From Squalus acanthias (taxonomy: Eukaryota), in contig CM059431.1 of NCBI GenBank assembly GCA_030390025.1, forward strand, positions 130,636,001 through 130,700,000: a DNA stretch of 64,000 nt, written 5' to 3'. A program made the translations under genes and the position numbers. Shown in pieces: positions 49,340 through 62,263 of the stretch; the stretch's first letter is position 1, and each line of letters opens with the position of its first letter. The notes under the pieces were generated by a model, which saw nothing but the letters and a program-made list of their open reading frames with translations, did no database searches and had not been told where the DNA came from.

Positions 49340-51380
49340 TGCTTCTCCACCAGTAACAGTTTGCTACCTCCTATTATGCACAACCTCCTCCTGCAAGAAA
49401 GAGGGAAGTGCGTTTGTGAGTGTCTGTGATATGTCTGGCTGATGTATCTGTGATGGCTGAATAGCTGGCAATGTGTGTGTGGGATATGAGTTGTGGGTGT
49501 GAAGTTTTTTATAGTGCTGAATGTGTGAGGGTGATGTTAAGCATATCAATTGAAATGTTCAGTACTGATTAATAGAGATTGTATGTGGGTGGGGGTGGAT
49601 TGAATCCAGCAGTTGATGAGGCTAGTGGTGCAGCTCTTATGAAAAGCCATGTGAAGGTTGACAACTTTGGTCCAATCTTTAAACTTCTCCTGACACTGCA
49701 TCCAGGTACGTGGAGCCATACTCCTCGCAGTCACCTCTTCGGCGACCTTCTCTAACTGCCTCTTCATCATGTGACATGAAGGCTTCCTGCCCCCAGTGGT
49801 TAGAGGATGTCTCTCCTCCTCTCAACCTCCTGCACCAAGGACTCCAGTGCACATCGGAAAACCTTGGTGCACGCACTCTACCAGATTCAGCCATTTGAGT
49901 AATAGATTTTTCACAGAAGTTCTGCTCAGCACTTTTTGTACTGTCTCCCTTTAAGTAGCGTTGTGCACTTCCCATATTGGGCCGTCTTCTCATGTGTGCA
50001 GTCAATGAACGACACGGGTAGCACTGGCTGCATCCAGCAATCATTGAAATCAGCAGGTGGCATAGACTTTACGTGCTGCCTGCATCGCAATCAACGGGTG
50101 TGAGTTAATTATGTCCCATGATCCCATTCTCCCGTGTTATGGAATTTAACCCCACCTTATGTTTGATCTGCACTTTCTTTGAGTGCAACTTTACAGCTGG
50201 GAGCGCAAGAAGAAATTAAATCTGTAGTGATTATAGTTCTTTTTCCTGGTAGACTGTTATAATTAGGGATTTCAATTCTACAAATTATAATGGAAATTTT
50301 CCTATAATTTCAGAAATAAGGCATTTTAGCATCTATTCCTACGCAAAACATTTTCAGTGTCTTAAATAAGAACATTGCATACATTTGGAATCCATTTTAA
50401 AACTGTGGTGTACTTTTGTGGATCACAGAATTGTGATCAGGCCAAATGAAATACAAAATATGATGTTTTTATTGAGAAAACAGCGCTGACCTGTTTTTCT
50501 ATTTTTGTATCTTTTCCACATTGACAGCTGATGTGGATTATCCATATAAAACCTTCATTAATGTCTGGTAATAAAAATGTTTATGTGCCAAATTAAATAG
50601 TGCCATGTAAATATGCTATAAAATCCTATTTTGAAACACAGTTCTGCTCCTGACAGGAAAACAGCACAAATGTGGTTTCAAAATCTACAAAGATTCATCA
50701 TAATAATAATAAACGATGGCGGGTTTGGGACATTAACTTATTAGTGCTTATTGCAGTAAATCCTTCTCATCACAGAAGGAAACAGCAGTGATTTGGTACC
50801 TGATACCACGTTGAATATAAATAATGCAGTTATTGCATCAAATACAATCTCAGTAGTAGCATACACTAGTGCATTAAAACTAATTAAATTGTATTCATGA
50901 ATTGTAATGTGATCTAAAAGTACAAGTAAACTTATGGCAGCTATCACTGGTCCTGCACAACACAGCCTCAGGCATAGACTGTCTACTAAGAGGTAATTTT
51001 ACTTTCAGTTAAATCTTGCTACATGATTTATCATTCCAAATATAGATTTACAGATTTGCAGCATGCAACATAATTCATCAGGTGCACTGTCCACGCAGTT
51101 GCACGTAGAATAGTCAAATTGAGAAACATCAAGACAGGAAATCTGTAGCCCTTCCGATGCACTCCTGCCGTAAGTGTGGCAGACGTGCAGCAGTAGAGTT
51201 GGAACTTAGGCCGGAAGCCAGAAACAGCGGCTCCCCATCTGTTTCAGCAGAGCATTGTTTAGGACAAAGCATCCACCCTTCCCAAACAAGGTCACCCGTA
51301 TCAGAGGGGGAATGGCTGAGGGGTGCAGACTCTGGGCCACGGCTCCAGCCTGGAAACATATTGGCAGGTTGGCAGACCCA

Positions 51381-53433
51381 AAGGAAAGAACAAACTAAAC
51401 ACTAATGAGACTCCATGGATGAATAAAGACATAAGGGAACAATTGAGGGTAAGGAAAGAGGCATACATTAAGTACATAGACAGCAGAGGAGTGCATGATA
51501 GGGGAGAATATGAAGGGATTAGGAGAGAAGTCAAAAAAACAATTAGGAAGGCAAAGAGGAACTATGAAATTAAATTATCAAGGATCATAAAACAAAATAG
51601 TAAAATATTTTACAGGCACATCAATAAAAAAAGGAAGGTGGGGATGGGAATAGGGCCATTAAGGGATAGACAGGATAATACTACAGGTAACGATAGTGAG
51701 ATGGCAGAAATATTAAATAATTATTTTGCTTCAGTATTCACCAGGGAGATAGAACAGGTGGACATGACATTGGATAATGAGATTAGTAATGAGATAAGTG
51801 CATTTAAAATAAGGGGATATATTAAATAAACTAATCAAACTCAAAGAGGATAAAACCCCTGGTCTGGATGGATTACATCCATGCATTTTTAAAAGAATCG
51901 AGGGAAGAGATAGCAGAGGCATTACTACACATATTTAATAATTCATTAGAAAAAGGTGTAGTGCCAGAGGACTGGTGGATAGCTAAAGTAATACCTATAT
52001 TTAAGAAGGGGGATAGAACATGTCCAGCGAATAATAGACCAGTCAGCTTAACATCGGTGGTAGGAAAAATAATGGAATCCCTACTAAAGGAGAGAATATA
52101 AGAACATCAAGAAACCAAAAATATAATAATGAATAGTCAACATGGATTTCAAAAGGGAAAGTCTTGCTTGACCAACCTTATTGAATTTTTTTAAGAGGTA
52201 ACAGAGAGAGTAGACAATGGTAATGCAGTAGATGTAATTTATCTGGATTTTCAAATAGGCCTTCGATAAGGTACCCCATAATAGACTAATGAATAAGGTC
52301 AGAGAATGCGGAGTCAGGGGACAAGTAGCAGAATGGATTGCTAGCTGACTTCAAGACAGAAAGCAGAGAGTAGGAGTAAAGGATAGCTATTCACAGTGGC
52401 AGAAAGTGGGTAGTGGTGTTCCACAAGGATCAGTGCTGGGACCACTGCTGTTCACAATTTATATTAACGATTTAGACTTAGGAATCAAAAACACAATTTC
52501 TAAATTTGCAGATGACACCAAATTGGGGCGGTAGTCAATACTGAGGAAGAATTCAACAAATTACAGGAGGGCATTAATAAACTTGCAGAATGGGCAAATA
52601 ATTGGCAAATGAAGTTCAACACAGATAAATGTGAGGTATTACATTTTGGGAGGAAGAATAGGGAGGTCACTTATCACTTGGAGGGTGCGAGTCTAGGTGG
52701 GGTAGAGGAACAGAGGGATCTCTGAGTACAGATACACAAATCACTAAAAGTTGCACCACAGGTTAGTAAGGCCATAAAAAAAGCAAACCAAGCACTAGGG
52801 TATATTTCTAGAGGGATAGAATTGAAAAGTAGGGAAGTTATGCTAAAACTGTATCGAACCTTGGTTAGACCACACTTAGAGTACTGCATGCAGTTCTGGT
52901 CGCCATTTTGTTAAAAGGATATTGAGACACTGGAGAGGGTGCAGAGAAGATTTATAAGGATGATACCAGAAATGCGAGGGTATACATATCAGGAAAGGAT
53001 AAACAGGCTGGGTCTCTTTTCTCTTGAAAAAAGAAAGCTGAGGGGTGACCTAATAGAGGTCTTTAAAATTATGAGAGGTTTTGATAGAGTAGATACAGAG
53101 AGAATGTTTCCACTTGTGGGGAAGAGCATAATTAGAGGCCATCAATATAAGATAGTCACCAAGAAATCCAATAGGGAGTTCAGAAGAAACTTCTTTACCC
53201 AAAGAGTGGTGAGAATGTGGAACTCGCTACCACAGGGATTGGTTGAAGCGAATAGTATGGATGCATTTAAGGAGAAGCTGGACAAGCATATGAGGGAGAA
53301 GGGAATAGAAGGTTACGCTGATAGATTTAGATGAGGAAAGACGGGAAGAGGCTCGAGTGGAGCCTAAACACCGGCATGGACTGGTTGGGCCAAATGGCCT
53401 ATTTCTATGCCGTATATCCTATGTAATCCTATG
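51381..53433 (+). mobile_element. CR1-type LINE, 5'-truncated, RT to 3' tail
   Basis: [67 protein letters not shown]; tail cctatgtaatcctatg; stops and frameshifts. Confidence 0.93.
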
Positions 53434-53599
53434 AGAAGCAGAATACTGGCCTGCCAGGTTGTGGCAGTGAGGCCCACCTAGGGTTGCAAGCCTGGGACGT
53501 GACTTTGACACCTGAAGGTTTTGATAACTTTTTAGTTTTTTTGTCCCCGTTTATAAAGCCACGTTTCCATGTGTCACAGTGGGTGGGTGGGGAGGATAA

Positions 53600-54720
53600 C
53601 CAACAACAACAACTTGCATTTATATAGCGTCTTTAACGTAGTAAAACATGCCAAGGCGCTTCACAGGAAGTTATAAAACAAAATTTGACACCGAGCAACA
53701 TAAGGAGAAATTAGGGCAGATGACCAAAAGCTTGGTCAAAAAGGTAGGTTTTAAGGAGGAAAGAGAGGAAGAGATGCGGAGAGGTTTAGGGAGGGGGTGC
53801 TCAAGAGGCCAAAATTCGAAGAGTGCAGATATCTCGGAGGGTTGTGGGGCTGGAGGAGATTACAGAGATAGGGGAGGGCCAAGGCCACGGAGGGATTTGA
53901 AAACAAGGGTGATAATTTTAAAATCGAGGCGTTGCTTTACCGGGAGCCAATGTGGGTCAGCGAGCATATGGGTGATGGGTGAACGGGACTTGGTCCGAGT
54001 TAGAACACGGGCAGCAGAGTTTTGGATGACCTTAAGTTTACGGAGGGTAGAACGTGGGAGGCCGGCTGGGAGTGCATTGGAATAGTCAACTCTAGAGGTA
54101 ACAAAGGCATGGATGAGGGTTTCAGCAGTAGATGAGCTGAGGTGGGGCAGAGTCGGGTGATTTTACGGAGGTGGAAATAGGCGGTCTTAGTGATTACGCG
54201 GATATGTGATCGGAAGCTCATTTCGAGGTCAAATATGGCACCAAGGCTACGAACAATCTGGTTCAGCCTCAGACAGTTGCTGGAGAGAGGGATGGAGTCA
54301 GTGGCTAGGGAACGAGTTTGTGGCGGGTACCGAACAATGGCTTCGGTCTTCCCAATATTTAGTTGGAGTAAATTTCTGCTCATTCAGTACTGGATGTCGG
54401 ACAAGCAGTCTGACAATTTAGAGATAGTGGAGGGGTTGAGAGAGGTGGTGGTGAGGTAGAGCTGGGTGTCGTCAACGTACATGTGGAAACTGACGCTGTG
54501 TTTTCGGATGATGTCGCCGAGGGGCAGCATGTAGGTGAGAAATAGGAGGGGGCCAAGGATAGATCCTTGTGGAACACCGGAGATAACGGTGCAGGATCAG
54601 GAAGAGAAGCCATTGCAGATGATTGTCTGGCTACGATTAGATAGAATGGAACCAGGCGAGTGCAGTCCCACCCAGCTAGACGACGGTGGAGAGGCGTTGG
54701 AGGAGGATAGTGTGCTCAAC
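53600..54720 (-). mobile_element. L2-type LINE RT and 3' end with internal deletions
   Basis: GVPQGSILGP, YVDDTQLY, NLLQLNIGKTEAI, IHAFVTSR motifs; (gtt)n tail at ~53600. Confidence 0.88.
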
Positions 54721-54818
54721 CCCTTAAAGTAGGCACCCTATGATGCCATTACTGAGCTCCTCCAATTAGTGGGTACCCAAGTTGCCCTCCAAGTGCGTAA
54801 GCGCCCCCAGCAATATTA

Positions 54819-55040
54819 AAACATAGGGATAGGAGTAGGCCAGTCAGCCCCTCGAGCCTGTTCCGCTATTTAATGAGATCATACTGAGATCTGTATCCTA
54901 TCTCCATTTACCCGCCTTGGCTCCATATCCCTTAATACCCGTAGCTTGCAAAAATCTATTAATTTCAGACTTAAAATTATTAATTGAGCTAGCATCCTCT
55001 GTTTTTTGTGGGAGGGAGCTCCAAACTTCCATCATCCTTT
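54819..55040 (-). mobile_element. CR1 3' fragment
   Basis: aaacatagggataggagtaggcc... matches 13594-13815. Confidence 0.8.
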
Positions 55041-56270
55041 GCGGTGTCTCCTCCTGACCCTATAGACTCTGGCAGAGTCAGGAACCCAGGTCACTGCCAG
55101 GCACATCCCAGCACTTACACCAGGATATCAGGACTGCGGATTTTCAAGTCCATCATTCTCAGGTCCAAAAAGTGTCCCTTTCATACATAATGGGCTTTCC
55201 TATTTAATCAAAGAATATTACAGTGTTTACAGTGTAATAAAAGTATATCAATGCAAACATTTGTTAGAAATTAAATGGGAACTGTTAGGTCCACCCCCAC
55301 AAGGCCATCCGGGTTTGCCCCATCAACAGCCGAACAATTTCAACCCCACTATGTTCTTTCTTGTCAGCAGTTGGAAGTTGGTAGGATGAGTCAATTTTGG
55401 TCCACATTTCCACCTGAAGGAACTTGAATCCTGGTTTCAGGTTCAGGTTATTATCACAGCTCTGACATTCTCTCAGCACAGGAAACCTTCTTCATAGGGC
55501 CTTGTGCCCCATAATGGAGGAGTAAGGGGCACTGCTGCTGCAGCTTGAGTGACCTTTGGCATTGGTAATGGCTACTGGCTTTGAGGCTTTGTGGTTGCTG
55601 TCCAAAAACAGCAGCTGGAAGGCCTGAAGCCAAAAAGTGGGCAAAGACACGGCGTAACAGGTCTCCATCTCTGCTTTGAGAAGTAGGTATATGATGGCTA
55701 AATAACAGAGAGCCTAGATTAGACCATATTCAGGAATGCAATGGTGTTTAATATCTATTTAAAAGGAGCAAATAGCTTTAGATAGAATACTTTATTGCTC
55801 AGATTTTTTTTTTAAAGTTAACCGTTTAAAACGTTTTTGCCCAACTCGTTCAACCACCATTCGTTGCAAAGTTAGTAAATTTTACCATTTTAGAGATAAA
55901 TTTCTTTACAAATTATTAGCCGTACATCTATAAACGTTTCTAGAGGTGAGCTAGTTATTTATAACAGAGCCAAACTAACATCATTAGAAACTTTCATCCC
56001 AGTGAGACAACATGGTATAGTTGCGTGAATCTGAATTGTCTTGACTTCAATGTTTGTTAAAGGATGCCAGGGTCATTTTTGCTCTGCAGTAGGTAGGTAT
56101 TCAATGTCTCAAATCTCACTGTTACCAACTGACAGTAAATCTGATTTACTAGAGGCAACACTGACAGAAGCTTGGTTGATGCCGTTCAAAGGTTCTGACA
56201 AGGCAATGCAGATCACTTTCCTATAATGCTGCCAATTAAAAATGAGTGCCTGATCACTTATTGTGAGAAA

Positions 56271-56966
56271 ATGGCTGGAGTCATACCTAGCACAAAGGAA
56301 GATGGTTGTGGTGGTTGGAGGTCAATCATCACAGCCCCAGGACATCGCTGCAGGAGTTCCTCATGTCATGTCTAGGCCCAACCATCTTCAGCTGCTTCAT
56401 CAATGACCTTCCCTCCAACATAAGGTCAGGAGTGGGGATGTTCGCCGATGACTGCACAGTGTTCAGTGACATTCACAACTCCTCAGATAATGAAGCAGTC
56501 CATGCCCGCATGCAACAAGACCTGAACGACATTCAGGCTTTGGCTGATAAGGGGCAGGTAACATTCGCACCACAGAAGTGTCAGGCAATGACTATCGCCA
56601 ACAAGCGAGAGTCTAACCACCGCCCCTTGACATTCAACGGCATTACCATCGCCGAATCCTCCACCATCAACATCCTGTGGGTCACCATTGACCAGAAACT
56701 TAACTGGACCAGCCACTTAAATACAGTGGCAACAAGAGCAGGTCAGAGGCTAGGTATTCTGCAGCGAGTGTCTCACCTCCTGACTCCCCAAAGCCTTTCC
56801 ACTATCTACAAGACACAAGTAAGGAATGTGATGGAATTCTCTCCACTTGCCTGGATGAGTGCAGCTCCAACAACACTCAAGAAGCTCGACATCATCCAGG
56901 ACAAAGCAGCCCGCTTGATTGGCACCCCATCCACCTCCTTAAACATTCACTCCCTCCACCACCGGA
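56271..56966 (+). mobile_element. Non-LTR LINE RT fragment (same family as 42481-44621)
   Basis: LGPTIFSCFINDLP...MFADDCT...FAPQKCQ...YKTQVRNVMEF. Confidence 0.9.
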
Positions 56967-58261
56967 CGATATCTAATGGTGACTTGATTGTTTTGAGAGC
57001 TGTTTCTAACTGAATTCAATGAAAAGGAAAAATAGGCGGGATGTATAACAGGCGGCCGATCCGCTTCTATCTGCTTTGGGCCCTCGACAAAGTTGAATTT
57101 CACCCCCAGGAGTGTCAGCTCCTGTTTAGAAGAACCTTTACACTTGGCTACATTAAAGCTGCTTGGATCTGCCTAAAACACTTTGGCTCGAGGTCTATCA
57201 GCTTTGCTGTTTTTAATTTGAAATGTGTGAACATCTGCTATGTTATTGATCTCCATCGTTAATAATGTTTTTAATACATAATGTTCCTGTTTTTCTCATG
57301 TTTGAAGTAATTTTCTTTCAGTAGCTTTTTAATTTCAGCATAATGGATACATGGAGCACTCTTATTTTAACTTGGTGATCCTCAGTCTCCTCTAATTATG
57401 TTTCCAAATGATGCTTTTAGAAATTTTAGATTGGATAGAGAGGCTTTATTTGACAACTTTTCCGCACTTTCTAACAAATGTATAAGAACAGTGTGAGTGA
57501 TTTGGGAAAACCGAGCAGCAATGGATATCCAAAAAGATAAAAATGGTAACTGGCAGAAAAACGGTGAAGTGGCTGGTCACCTTTAGGATCTCAGTAAGGA
57601 TAGAGCATTCCAGCAAGTATCGTCTAGGAATATCCTTAGTAACACAGTTCAAAGTTGTGGATTCTGTGGTCTTTGCAGGAAACTATAAAAAGTGTTTGTG
57701 TAAAAATAAGAAAAATATTCCATCTGACATATTGTGGCTTCAAGCAGCAGTTGTGGGAAGCCAGCTGTGTAGTTTGATCGAGGTGTATACAAGTTTGGCA
57801 TTAGAATTTTTAAAATTTGTTTCTCTTGGAAAATCTTTTGTCGAATTTACTTTTGCATTTCTTATACTGTAAATCTTCTGAAATAGAAGCTTCTAATGAT
57901 TGACACAGAATTATCAGAAAAAATGGTCTTACTTAGATTTTATAGAACCCAAAGTTTTAATTTTTTTTATATTAAACTCAGGACCTTTGCTGTTTTTCCA
58001 TATTAAAAAGTCCTCTGTTACATTCCACAAGACAGAAGTGCACAAATAACAAACCTGGGTCACAGAGAATGCTTTCAATGCCTTTCTTTTCATGCTTCCA
58101 AAAGGTTTCTATTAAATTTAGTCAGGTAACTCTCAAACTTTCCTTTCCCTCAGAGCTAGTAAAAGAAATTGTTGAAAAAACTTAACTACATAGCACCCTA
58201 TGGAATTTATCAATAATTTCTTTAAATTGTAAGAGTGGACTGTATTTAGCCATTAATCGAA

Positions 58262-58865
58262 ATGCATAAGGAGATATTAGGACTGGTGACCAAAAGCTTG
58301 GTCAAAGAGGTAGGTTTTTAAGGAGTGTCTTAAAGGAGGAGAGAGAGGTGGAGAGACGGAGAGGTTTAGAGAGGGAATTCCAGAGATTAGGCCTAGGCAT
58401 CTGAAGGCACGGTTGCCAATGGTGGAGCGATAAAAATCGTGGATGTGCCAGAGACCAGAATTGGAGGAGCGCAGATATCTCGGCAGGTTGTAAGACTGGA
58501 GGAGATTACAGAGATAGGATGGTGTGAGGCCATGGAGGGATTTAAAAACAAGGATGAGAATTTTAAAATCAAGGTGTTGCCGGACCGAGGGAAAATATAG
58601 GTCTGCGACCAGGACCACAGGGGTGATGTGTGAATGGGTCTTGGTGCGAGTTAGGATACCAGCAGCAGAGTGTTGGATGAGCTCAAGTTTACGGAGGTTG
58701 CAAGGTGGGAGGCCGTCCAGGAGAGCATTAGAATAGTCGAGTCTAGAGGTAACAAAGGCATGGATGAGGGTTTCAGCAGCCAATGAGCTGAGGAAGGGGT
58801 GGAGATGGGCCAGGTTACGGAAGTGGAAGTATAGGGTCTTGGTGATGGAAAGGATATGGGGTCGG
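58262..58865 (-). mobile_element. L2-type LINE 3' fragment
   Basis: ORF 58277-58783 AETLIHAFVTSRLDYSNALL...HITPV...FKILILVFKSLHG. Confidence 0.9.
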
Positions 58866-59093
58866 ATTATAATTATCTGTACTTTTTAAGTCTATTTTCC
58901 ATTGTGATAGAGCGTGCAAGTTTTGATGTAGTAACTAAAAGAAGCAGATACCGCTGTAATTTTTATGAAACATTTGAAGCCATGTTTCCTAGAAAATTGA
59001 ATTAGTAAGATGATTAATTTTTCAAATGTATCTGCACAAAAACTTGATGGAACATCACAAAATGTCATTAACTAAATCCAGTGGAAAGTCATA

Positions 59094-59986
59094 GGGGGAG
59101 AAATTCAGTATCGCCCCATTTGGGGCGCAATTATCGGCCGGGCGCAAAGATTAGCGCCTGGCGCTAATTATCACCACCGACTGCAAACTTGACTTTTATC
59201 GCCCCTGGAGGTGATTGAAGCGCTATATCAGGCGCTTCACACCTGTCTTAAGGCGCAAAGGCCGAGGAGCGAGGCGCTACCTCAGAGCGCTGGCGAAGCT
59301 CATGTAATGTCAGTCAGCAATGGAACACACACACAATGGCACGGGCCAGTTCTTAAAGGGGATGGTTAATCTTGCTTTCCATCCACATCCTGCTCATTGC
59401 AGCCTTGAATCTCGGCCTGGAGAGACCTGCACATCAAATGTGCTGGAAAGAACAATGGAGAGTACCAGGCCAAGAGCTCAGAGTGCAGCCCCCACAGTCT
59501 CTGCTAAATCGATAGAAGGAATGGCAAATCAAAATGAACCTGCAAAGTGCTGCTCAGTACCCAAAACTCCTTCACACAACGTTGAATCTCTCCAGAAGTC
59601 TCTCCCTCTCTCTCTCAGAATGCGTAGTTCAAAAATGGCACCAACAATAAAAGGCAGGAAGCGGTCACCTTTAAATAGCGCTCCCCCTTTCCCTCCATGA
59701 CTGCAGAACGCTCCCCTCAACCTGTCGTTGCTAGCATCAGGCGGTAAGGCAGGGGGCGCCACTCAATATCCGCTCCGGGGCGATACCGGGGCGTTGCGCA
59801 CTCGAGTGACGTCATGATCTGCCGGCGCAGGAGATCGTGGCGGTAGTGTTTAGCGCCGCCGCAAAATGTCTAGTTAATTTCGCGAGCGGCGCAAACTTCG
59901 CCGCGCCTGGGCGCTAGATGCTTTGCGCCCCATTAGCGCCCTCTTAAGGCGCTAACAGGAGGCGCAACCAACTGAATTTTTCCCCC
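59094..59986. mobile_element. Harbinger MITE family A, copy 4 (893 bp)
   Basis: TIR GGGGGAGAAATTCAGT / ACTGAATTTTTCCCCC; ATA TSD. Confidence 0.95.
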
Positions 59987-60460
59987 ATAGAGTCATAGAG
60001 TTATGCAGCACAGAAAGAGGCCCTTCGGCCCATCGTGTCTGCGCCGGCCATCAAGCCCTGTCTATTCTAATCCCAGTTTCCAGCACTTGGTCCGTAGCCT
60101 TGTATGCTATGGCGTTTCAAGTGCTCATCTAAATGCTTCTTGAATGTTGTGAGGGTTCCTGCCTCTACCACCCTTTCAGGCAGTGAGTTCCAGATTCCAA
60201 CCACCCTCTGGGGTAAAAAGTTTTTCCTCAAATCCCCTCTAAACCTCCTGCCCCTTACCTTGAAACTATGCCCCCTGGTTATTGACCCCTCTACTAAGGG
60301 GAAAAGTTCCTTTCTATCTACCCTATCTATGCCCCTCATAATTTTGTACACCTCAATCAGGTCCCCCCTCAGCCTTCTCTGCTCTAAGGAAAACAACCCC
60401 AGCCTGTCCAGTCTCTCTTCATAGCTGAAGCGCTGCAGCCCAGGTAACATCCTGGTGAAT
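59987..60460 (-). mobile_element. CR1 3' fragment
   Basis: ORF 60067-60450 YEERLDRLGLFSLEQRRLRGDLIEVYKI...WNSLP; (agtcatag)n tail. Confidence 0.92.
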
Positions 60461-62263
60461 GTTTATTCCAACATTAAGAACCTCAAAAAGTACTTGGGTG
60501 TATGGTTGAAGATAAATTAAAGCTGAATTGTCACTGGATCCAGATTCCTGGCATACCAAGAACACTTTTCTGGGAAGGTGCAGGGAAAAATTCTCCTTTT
60601 TCTCACTGAAGGACCCCAAGCCTGTAGCAAGCTTCCAAGAATTCCAAGCACTAAAGCCATATATTGAATTCGTATCTTTGTGTGACTAATTCTAGATGTA
60701 CTTTGTTGGAGAAAAATTGTTTTTGCATGAATGAGGAGCTGAGCTTTTCATAATACAACATGAAATGCAAGTAATATCTTATTCATGGCTGGACAACATT
60801 TGTCATTCCTGATTAAATGTCAAATTCATAATCAGTAGAGATTTGTCTTTTTAAATAAGATCTTATTTTATGCAGGTGTAGGAAAATATTTGAAAGGACA
60901 ATGTTAAAGAGAAATTGACTGAGATGTATTGAGGGTAGGGCAGCAATTTAACACAGTATGGCATCCTGTGACAGATGCCGAGAATTTCTAAACTTAACAC
61001 GTGCAGTGCAATTTGCTGCCTGATATCAGAATTTGGCTTAAGAAGTTCTGAATGTAGTGAAAATGCCAGTTCTGGTGTGGAACTGAGTGATAATTAAAGA
61101 CTACAACCTTCATGAAAAGGTTTTTATGAAACTTGCTTTTCTTTAGGAAGCCAGTAGAGGCTTCAGTCATAGTTATAACACGCGATTACCTGACTGACAT
61201 CGTTGAACTGTGTTTGTAAACAAATGAGGAAAGATTTGATAAACATTTTAATAAAACAGTGTCCCTTTAGTCAGTCTCTTTTCAATTCCATAGCAGATTC
61301 TGAAACCATAAAAATCTGCAAAACTCTTCTTTTTTTCGATATTTTAATTTCAATAGTTGAAACAAAATCCTGTGCAATTTTTTTCTGAAGATCCCTGTTG
61401 CTGTGTTTTGTAAGAAGCTATTTTATTTGTAATTACTGTGAGCATAAAATGCATTATGGGAAAGTTGACATTACTGTGACCAGCTGTGTCTGTGTTTGAA
61501 ACTTTTCCATAGAATTTTGGCTCATAAACAAAAACACATATGTATTATTTTATTAGGAGACACAATTCTGTGGAAAGTTTTATATTAAAGCAGTGGAGCA
61601 CAAGCCAATTATAATGATGTCAGAAGCCCTGGAATTATGTGCTGGAAAAAGAAGTAATATCATCTCCCTTGTGGTGAAATAAATGTTTGTTACAAACTGG
61701 GTTTCTTCACAGCACACCAGCACATAATTCAGAACAACTGGCAGAGAACTTTTATGTGAATAAAGTCACAAAATTTAAAATAACTTAAATAGGATGGTTT
61801 CCCATCACGAGTTGTAGCTAAAGTTATAGAAATAATTATTAATAACCAGGAAACTATCTGAAAGAATTTGGGAAATCTACCTTATTTTTAGAATCTGTGG
61901 ATTTCTTGTTTTTGTTTTGCTGATTTCCTGCTTCAGATTTAACCTCATCCACTTCTCTTAAAGGCATTCATTCCCTGCTCTGGGTGTGGTTTTACACGTG
62001 TGGGCAGCCTTCTGTGCCGTACCCATTTGTTGTGAAACCCGATGGGATATCCTGAGGATGCGAAAAGGTGCTATATAATGCAAGTTCTTTCGTTCTTTAT
62101 ACTCACAACTTAGTAAAAGTACAAGAATGGTCACAACATAAGCAATGGTGTGCTTCGTGATTACCTAATAGAGTACTATAACTGGAACAACTATATTAAA
62201 TTAAACTGTCAAACAAATCACCTGTTCCAAAATTGCTTTGATAGCTTATTGAGTTGATCCAAT

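Larger units (their letters stand above)
46883..50153. mobile_element. Internally deleted Harbinger: transposase almost gone, Myb gene (minus, ATG at 49894) largely retained
   Basis: Ends GGGCTAGAAATTC / GGAATTTAACCCC; MGAVVAMPHSLQHDREME start matches 33254; minus strand MAESGRVRAPRFSD...APRTWMQCQEKF; nested CR1 and Penelope insertions. Confidence 0.85.
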
